Assembly (NCBI GenBank): GCA_002436415.1
Contig: DJMA01000028.1
Coordinates: 67,628 to 131,627, forward strand
Direction of reading: 5' to 3'
Length of the DNA: 64,000 nucleotides
Source of the DNA: Bdellovibrionaceae bacterium UBA6502
Lineage (GTDB): Bacteria > Bdellovibrionota > Bdellovibrionia > Bdellovibrionales > UBA840
The notes under the pieces are model-generated. The model worked only from the letters and a program-made list of their open reading frames with translations. It was not told where the DNA came from and did no database searches. Of this stretch, positions 56,843 to 64,000 are shown in pieces (positions within the stretch are counted from its first letter, which is position 1; each line of letters opens with the position of its first letter). The position numbers and the translations under genes were made by a program.

Positions 56843-57814
56843 TTAATCCTCTGTGTCTTCCAAGTGAATGTCGTCAACATCGGAAGCATCGATTTGCAAC
56901 TCAATGTCTTGGTAGCGATTGGGTAAAACCGTCAATTGAGTTTGCACCAAATCTTTTAGCTTGCGAATAGAAACCAAACCTTCATCCTCTTTTTTCCAAA
57001 GAGCGTACAAGCGCATGCGAATCGGTTCATCCATTTCAAAAAACTTTAAATCAGGATATTCCTTCAAAGGATTTTTCGGCAAAAACATTACACATCTTCC
57101 ACGCTCACATAATTTAGTTACATAATCTAAGTGGTCCGAAAAAATTTTCTCACGAGGAACAATGCCGTTCTTGCGCAAAGACTGCATGATGGCTCGATTT
57201 AAACGCTTATCCCAACTACTCTCCACAAATGGGATGTTCTCTAAAACAGCGTCAAAGCTCTTAAAACGATCCCACAACTCTTTCGCGCAACAAAACACCA
57301 AATCAAAAGAACCAATTTCTTCGGAAACAATGGCTTTGCGAGAAGAAGGCCTTACACTAATGGCCCAATCGATATTACCTTTAATTAGATTATCCACTAT
57401 GACTGCATGCTCTGATTGTCGAATGGTGTTCACTGTACCAAACTCCGCATACATATCCCAATACTGAGAAGCAAATTCGGTGGCTAAATCAAAAGAAACT
57501 GTGTCCTCAATGCCAATGGTCACTGGGTATCCACCAACCACCTCATCGGTAAAAAGCTCAAGAAGTTTTGAACCTTCCTCAAAAATCCCTTTTGTGCGAT
57601 CAAAAACCTGCTGTCCCTCTACGGTTAAACTTAAGCCCTTAGAGCTTCTGTGAAACAGCTGCATCTCTAAAACTTCTTCTAACTTCTTTAGTTGCGCAGA
57701 AATAGTTGGAGAAGCTACACCAAGGCGCTGTGCCCCGTCTTTTAGAGACTGCGCTCTTGCAACCTCATAAAAACTATACAAGTGATTCCAGTTTACATCT
57801 TTAAGCCGTTTCAT
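56843..57814 (-). CDS. LysR-family transcriptional regulator (NhaR-like N-terminus)
   Basis: HTH NWNHLYSFYEVARAQSLKDGAQRLGVASPTISAQLKKLEE resembles the NhaR-type start. Start set at ATG 57814 (MKRLKD), because the track start at 57874 adds 20 non-conserved residues. Confidence 0.8.
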   Translation of the reverse strand: MKRLKDVNWNHLYSFYEVARAQSLKDGAQRLGVASPTISAQLKKLEEVLEMQLFHRSSKGLSLTVEGQQVFDRTKGIFEEGSKLLELFTDEVVGGYPVTIGIEDTVSFDLATEFASQYWDMYAEFGTVNTIRQSEHAVIVDNLIKGNIDWAISVRPSSRKAIVSEEIGSFDLVFCCAKELWDRFKSFDAVLENIPFVESSWDKRLNRAIMQSLRKNGIVPREKIFSDHLDYVTKLCERGRCVMFLPKNPLKEYPDLKFFEMDEPIRMRLYALWKKEDEGLVSIRKLKDLVQTQLTVLPNRYQDIELQIDASDVDDIHLEDTED

Positions 57815-57912
57815 ACTGTTATTTAAGCGTAGATTAGCTGAGAAAACAAGAAAAGGCGCTCGTTGAATAAACAACTAGCGCCCTTTTTATTTTTAAGCTC
57901 TTTAATCTGCCT

Positions 57913-59334
57913 CTAAGAAGCTCTTTGAACTTGGTTTATTTTTGTTTTTGCTAAAACAAAATAGCAAATTAATCCAATGAGTATTCCAGGAGCAATTTCA
58001 TACATCAAACCACCTAGACCGGCTTGCTGCCACGCAACCGTTGCCAATAAACCAGAAACAATCATTATGATTCCCGTTTTTTCAGAAACTTTTTTACCAA
58101 TGGCATACACAAATAGTAATGGTCCAAAAGCAGCACCTAAAATTGACCATGCAAATACCACAAGCTCAAAAACATTCTTAGTTCCCCATAGGGCAATTGC
58201 TAATGCGATTAAGGTTACAATTCCTGTGATGATTTTTGTTCCCTTCAAGCCAATGTTTTTAGCCGGTAAAATGTCTTTTGAGAACGCAGCACTACAGCTA
58301 ATGATTTGAGAATCTGCCGTAGACATAGTTGCAGAAAAGATACCCGCTAATACCACACCCACTAAGATTTCTGGCAATAGGTTTTGACTCATCAAAGGCA
58401 ATGCTAATTCGGCATCAAAATTTGCAGCATCTGGCAATACAAGCCTTGCCGCTAATCCTGCACCCACTGTAATTAGAAAGAATGCCAAGAACCATACATA
58501 ATAGTAAATTTTTGTTTTCGTCATATTTTCGGCATTATCAATAGTCATAAAACGAATCATGATATGTGGCTGACCAATCACACCGATTCCGGCAAACAAC
58601 CAACCAATCACAAAAAGTATCGGACCGGTAATTCCACCGATTTCAAGTCCGGTAGGTGTTAAACTTAAATACCCAGGCTTAACGGCATCTAACTTGGTCA
58701 CAAATTGAGACCAACCTCCAACTTCACTAACCCCAACCACAAACAACATTACCATGGCCACTGCCATTACAAATGATTGCGCAGTATCAGTCCAAATCGA
58801 TGCACGAATTCCACCAGACATGCAGTATAGAAACACTATCACACTACCGATGATCGCTCCCGTTGCGTAATCCCAACCAAATAAAACATGAAGGGCTTTA
58901 CTACCCGCTTTAAACTGAGCGGCAGCATAAACACCCAAAAGAACGACAGTCAAAATACCTACGATAAAGCGTAAACGCTTAAAGTTGGTACCGTTTTGCC
59001 AACGAGCTAAAACTCCACCAAAGCTAAGTAACTTTTCCTTACCAGTAACTTGACGTAATTTTTTGTGCACGAAAAAACTTATTAGGAAGTCACCAAAAAC
59101 CCAACCGAGAGCTAGCCAAATCGACTGTAAGCCACTCATATAGGTATAACCAATCATTCCGATGAACATATAACCACTGTTATTCGTAGCTACTGCTGAC
59201 AATGCCGCCATCCACGGTGGAATACTTGATCCAGCCAATAAATAATCAGAACTATCTCCCTTGCTTTTAAAAACAGAAGCAACTCCAATCAAAACAAAGA
59301 CTAGAAGAAAAAATAAAAAACTATAAACAACCAT
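57913..59334 (-). CDS. putP: Sodium:solute symporter family transporter, PutP-like (proline?)
   Basis: About 12-13 TM helices. GQPHIMIRFMTIDN, SWTDTAQS-like IWTDTAQS and YEIAPGILIG blocks align with E. coli PutP. Adjacent to proC. Confidence 0.65.
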   Translation of the reverse strand: MVVYSFLFFLLVFVLIGVASVFKSKGDSSDYLLAGSSIPPWMAALSAVATNNSGYMFIGMIGYTYMSGLQSIWLALGWVFGDFLISFFVHKKLRQVTGKEKLLSFGGVLARWQNGTNFKRLRFIVGILTVVLLGVYAAAQFKAGSKALHVLFGWDYATGAIIGSVIVFLYCMSGGIRASIWTDTAQSFVMAVAMVMLFVVGVSEVGGWSQFVTKLDAVKPGYLSLTPTGLEIGGITGPILFVIGWLFAGIGVIGQPHIMIRFMTIDNAENMTKTKIYYYVWFLAFFLITVGAGLAARLVLPDAANFDAELALPLMSQNLLPEILVGVVLAGIFSATMSTADSQIISCSAAFSKDILPAKNIGLKGTKIITGIVTLIALAIALWGTKNVFELVVFAWSILGAAFGPLLFVYAIGKKVSEKTGIIMIVSGLLATVAWQQAGLGGLMYEIAPGILIGLICYFVLAKTKINQVQRAS

Positions 59335-59371
59335 CTACATTCCTTTTCTTTTATAGGTTTAATTTAATTTT

Positions 59372-60187
59372 TTAACGAATTTCACTTTCAATGGCCTTTT
59401 CAATCTCTAAAGATCTTTGAAAAGCCCTCTCCACCCCAGTTTTTATATTTTGACCAATCGAACTAGATCGAAATAAATCAATGGCTTCGATGGTCACCCC
59501 TTTTTTTGACGTTACCTGTGCAATTTGGTCATTTAAACTTAAAGTAGAGGCTTCCATAAATAAAGAAGAGCCCTTAAACAACTGAATTGCCAATTGTTTA
59601 GCGGCGTCTTTATCTACGCCCCAATCCAATAATTGTTTTTCAAAGATCTCTGCTAAATAGTAAACATAAGCAGGGCCTGAAGCCGTCAGCACTGTCAATT
59701 GGTTAAACTCTGTCTCTGATTTACATTCAAAAATCACAGAAGAGCCTTTTAGTAACTCAGAAAAGTCCGCCATTTTTTCTTTTTGTAAACCATCACTGGC
59801 CAACAACAAACTGATGCCTTCTTCCACTTGCATGGGCATACTTGGCATTAATCGAATCACATTTTTACTTTTCAAGGCCATCTGTATTTTTTCAATTGGC
59901 ACAGCGGCCATAATAGACACCAAAGTCAGTTTACTTAAATCTAAGCCTTCAAGCTCTTTTGCTAAACTTGAAAATTGTTGTGGCTTACAAGCAATCATTA
60001 AATAATCCACTTTTTCAAAATCTTGCAAAGAACTTACTACCGCTCCTTTAACCTCTTGAGCTAAGTTCTTTGCTCGAACTTGGCTTGGCGTATAGGTTAA
60101 AAACTCTACCTCTGGATTACTCTTATGAATTCCAATCACCACGGCACTTGCCATATTGCCACAGCCAATCACTCCAATTCTCATCAT
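59372..60187 (-). CDS. proC: Pyrroline-5-carboxylate reductase
   Basis: IGVIGCGNMASAVV Rossmann motif and a C-terminal VTSKKGVTIEA dimerisation/active-site block. The start abuts the proA stop. Confidence 0.9.
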   Translation of the reverse strand: MMRIGVIGCGNMASAVVIGIHKSNPEVEFLTYTPSQVRAKNLAQEVKGAVVSSLQDFEKVDYLMIACKPQQFSSLAKELEGLDLSKLTLVSIMAAVPIEKIQMALKSKNVIRLMPSMPMQVEEGISLLLASDGLQKEKMADFSELLKGSSVIFECKSETEFNQLTVLTASGPAYVYYLAEIFEKQLLDWGVDKDAAKQLAIQLFKGSSLFMEASTLSLNDQIAQVTSKKGVTIEAIDLFRSSSIGQNIKTGVERAFQRSLEIEKAIESEIR

Positions 60188-61434
60188 TAACTCCTAATGT
60201 GTCCTTCACCTTCAACCACGAAACGGGAACTAGTCATTTGCTCTGCTCCCATTGGACCGTATGCATGTATTTTCGTAGTAGATATTCCAAGTTCAGCCCC
60301 AAGGCCCAACTGACCACCATCATTAAATCTGGTAGAGGCATTGATCATCACACAACTAGCATCCACACAACGTAGGAATTTCTCACTGTTTACTGCGTCT
60401 TCTGTAACGATGGCTTCAGAATGTTTACTACCATGTCTCGCGATGTGCTCGATGGCATGATCCATATTTTCGACGCTTCGGATGGACAATATATTTGCTA
60501 GGTATTCCGTATCCCAATCTTCACTATTTGCCAGCTTCAAGTTTTTATCATTCGCAGCAGACTTAAATTCTTCATCCACTCTCAATTCGGTGTTCTTGTC
60601 TTTCAACTTCTGAACCAACTTAGGAGCAAAGTCTTTTAAAACCGATTTATGAACCAAAAGAGTTTCGATGGCGTTACAAACGCCTGGTCTCTGAGTCTTT
60701 GCGTTAACCACCAAGTTTAGAGCCTTTTCTAGATCGGCCGCTTCGTCAATGTACATATGGCAAAGCCCCTTATAATGCGCGATCACTGGCATTTTTGCTG
60801 TATCGCTTACGTATTGAATCAAGCCTTCTCCACCACGAGGAATCACCACATCAATGTATTGATCTAACTTCAAAAGCTCTTCTACATTTTTGCGATTATC
60901 AGAAGACAAGACTTGAACTAAGTTTTTATCGGTAAACGGGGAAATGGCCTGGGAAATGATCTTTCCTAAAATTTCATTGGAATGCTTCGCTTCTTTTCCG
61001 CCTTTTAAAATGATTGCATTGGAGGATTTAATGGCTAAGGCAGCACAATCCACCACCACATTGGGACGGCTTTCGAATATCATTAAAATGACTCCAAGAG
61101 GAATTCGCTGCTTTTTCACCATCAAACCGGCGGCATTTTTTTGTTCTTCAAAAAAACTACCCACAACTTGTTTTTGTTTTGAAATTTCACGAACACCATC
61201 CATCATTTGCAAAATTCGATCTTTGCTTAACTCCAAACGATCTATCATCGCTGCTTCTAAATTATTTTCCTTGGCTAGCTTTAAATCCTTTTGGTTCTCA
61301 CTAATGATTTCATCCATATTATTTTCTAAGTGCACCACCAAACTCTCAAACATCTTCTCTTTGATGCTTTCTTCTTTACGTAAAAACTGTGTCGCCGCAT
61401 GTCTTGCTTGCTTAGCTAACTCTTTCATCCTCAA
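60187..61434 (-). CDS. proA: Glutamate-5-semialdehyde dehydrogenase (gamma-glutamyl phosphate reductase)
   Basis: FESRPNV, KGGKEA, catalytic VCNAIETLLVH, HGSKHSEAIVT, NASTRFNDGGQLGLGAE. Confidence 0.95.
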   Translation of the reverse strand: MRMKELAKQARHAATQFLRKEESIKEKMFESLVVHLENNMDEIISENQKDLKLAKENNLEAAMIDRLELSKDRILQMMDGVREISKQKQVVGSFFEEQKNAAGLMVKKQRIPLGVILMIFESRPNVVVDCAALAIKSSNAIILKGGKEAKHSNEILGKIISQAISPFTDKNLVQVLSSDNRKNVEELLKLDQYIDVVIPRGGEGLIQYVSDTAKMPVIAHYKGLCHMYIDEAADLEKALNLVVNAKTQRPGVCNAIETLLVHKSVLKDFAPKLVQKLKDKNTELRVDEEFKSAANDKNLKLANSEDWDTEYLANILSIRSVENMDHAIEHIARHGSKHSEAIVTEDAVNSEKFLRCVDASCVMINASTRFNDGGQLGLGAELGISTTKIHAYGPMGAEQMTSSRFVVEGEGHIRS

Positions 61435-62557
61435 TTCCTTCCTTGTTTATAACTAAATTTAAATGGTGGACCACTTGGTTTGAATTTTGATAACCTAAAA
61501 TATTTTGAATATCATCACTGGTGTAGCCCATGATCTGTGAGATCTCATCATTTCCGTATTCACAAATACCAGTGGCAAAAAGTCTATTTTTGTAACGAAT
61601 ATCGATACAGTCCCCTTGATAAAACTCCCCTTCCACCTGAACAATTCCTTCTGGTTGCAGAGGTTTATTCTCACTCAATTTTCGATAAGCAGTTTCATCA
61701 ATCTCTATAAAACAATTTGGCTTTTTAGTGGATAACATCCAAGCCTTTCTATCTTCAGGGTCATATTGATTTTGCGGAGAAAAATAAGTTCCAATCTTTT
61801 TCGTCAGTGGATCTACGATGATTCTCTCGGCATCTTTTGAACTAACAATTGCCTTAATGCCTAAAGGAGTAATTTTAGAAATGGCCTGAACCTTGGACTC
61901 CATTCCACCTCTACCGATACTGGTTTTACCTTGAAAGTTAACCTGTGATAAATCACAACTTAATGTTACGCGATCAATCTTTTTAGCACCTTCTTTGGCT
62001 GGATCTTTGTCAAAAAGCCCATCCGTAGAAGTAATGATTAATAACAAATCCGCATTTACCATTTGCGCAGTCTGTACCGCTAAATGATCATTATCACCTA
62101 CCGTAATTTCTGTATAAGAAATGGAATCATTTTCATTTAAAATTGGCGTAATTTTGTTTTTTAGTAAAACAGATACATTGGCTTTGGTATGAAGAAAACG
62201 TTTTCTATCTCGAAAATCATCGTGGGTTAATAGGATTTGAGAACATAGCTTTTGGTTTTCTTCAAAAATTCTTGAGTAGGTATTGATTAATTTAGGTTGC
62301 CCTACAGAACTCGCTGAATGCATTAACTGAATTTTATCTGCTTCTGGCATATACTTATTTAGAAATGCTTTCCCAAGAGCCACCGCCCCTGAACTCACCA
62401 AAATCACTTCAACGCCTTGATCTACGAGATCTGAAATATCCTCGACGATCTTGCGAATCTTCCTGGTGTCTAGCTTACCGCTTTTTTTAGTGATGGCATT
62501 ACTTCCAACTTTGACTACAATTCTTTTTAATCCCGACAATTCATTACGAAAAATCAT
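61412..62557 (-). CDS. proB: Glutamate 5-kinase (kinase + PUA), operonic copy
   Basis: IVVKVGSNAIT, VSSGAV, PILNENDSIS, GDNDHLA, GRGGMESKVQA and a PUA region (LQPEGI...GEFYQGDCI). 23-nt overlap with proA. Confidence 0.95.
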   Translation of the reverse strand: MIFRNELSGLKRIVVKVGSNAITKKSGKLDTRKIRKIVEDISDLVDQGVEVILVSSGAVALGKAFLNKYMPEADKIQLMHSASSVGQPKLINTYSRIFEENQKLCSQILLTHDDFRDRKRFLHTKANVSVLLKNKITPILNENDSISYTEITVGDNDHLAVQTAQMVNADLLLIITSTDGLFDKDPAKEGAKKIDRVTLSCDLSQVNFQGKTSIGRGGMESKVQAISKITPLGIKAIVSSKDAERIIVDPLTKKIGTYFSPQNQYDPEDRKAWMLSTKKPNCFIEIDETAYRKLSENKPLQPEGIVQVEGEFYQGDCIDIRYKNRLFATGICEYGNDEISQIMGYTSDDIQNILGYQNSNQVVHHLNLVINKEGIEDERVS

Positions 62558-62876
62558 TACACTCTCTTTGCTGTGTTAGGTTGTTGTCATTATCGGTGAT
62601 AGCCGTAAATAGCTATATGATAATTTTGCCAAATTAGGATATACCTAATCTGCAAACCAAAATTAATCTTGTTAAAGACAGAAAAAGTAATAATCACGTG
62701 CACTTAAAAGACTTTCTTTACAAGTAACTTATAGTAGACTTAAAATATGAATTGCAAAATATTCGGTTTTATAAAACAAATATATTTACTTAATTTCAAA
62801 AAATGCCAAGTCATTTTAGCTTTATTCCCTAACATAAATTGAAGTTTTATTATAGCTTAGCGGCTAGGAGTTTTTT

Positions 62877-64000
<1,124 letters not shown>

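Overview
AT-rich chromosomal window from a Gram-negative bacterium. About 60 densely packed genes lie on both strands. No rRNA, CRISPR array, transposase or integrase was seen. The gene content includes a T2SS-like fragment, pheS-pheT-ihfA-merR, many exported or lipoprotein hypotheticals and a very dense His-Asp signalling island. This is compatible with a predatory Bdellovibrionota/Bacteriovorax-like lineage, but that cannot be verified without a database search.

Recognisable housekeeping genes are ssb, hmgA, acs, rpsN, rpmG, pheST, ihfA, menB, tdk, proBAC (plus a second orphan proB), guaB (partial), phnCDE-type transporter genes and one initiator tRNA-Met.

The most unusual structure is at nucleotide level, at 53995-54439. 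It is a tandem 186-bp repeat array that starts inside the 3' end of the initiator tRNA gene. Each unit carries the tRNA 3' end, its trailer and terminator, and an unrelated GC-richer segment of about 115 nt that folds on paper into a tight multi-helix structure. I could not match it to any RNA family or mobile-element class I know.

Secondary leads:
- an orphan proB / HExxH metallopeptidase / ATP-grasp ligase cluster next to a 526-aa HELLH-motif protein;
- a stand-alone FliG C-terminal-domain protein;
- a phosphonate-type ABC operon led by a CysQ-like phosphatase and a P-loop kinase;
- an exported Ppx/GppA-family lipoprotein;
- a divergent Cys-depleted S14/L33 pair;
- an orphan flavin-halogenase-family gene behind a perfect 17+17 bp palindrome.

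All functional calls rest on motif recognition from memory and on gene context. No searches were run.
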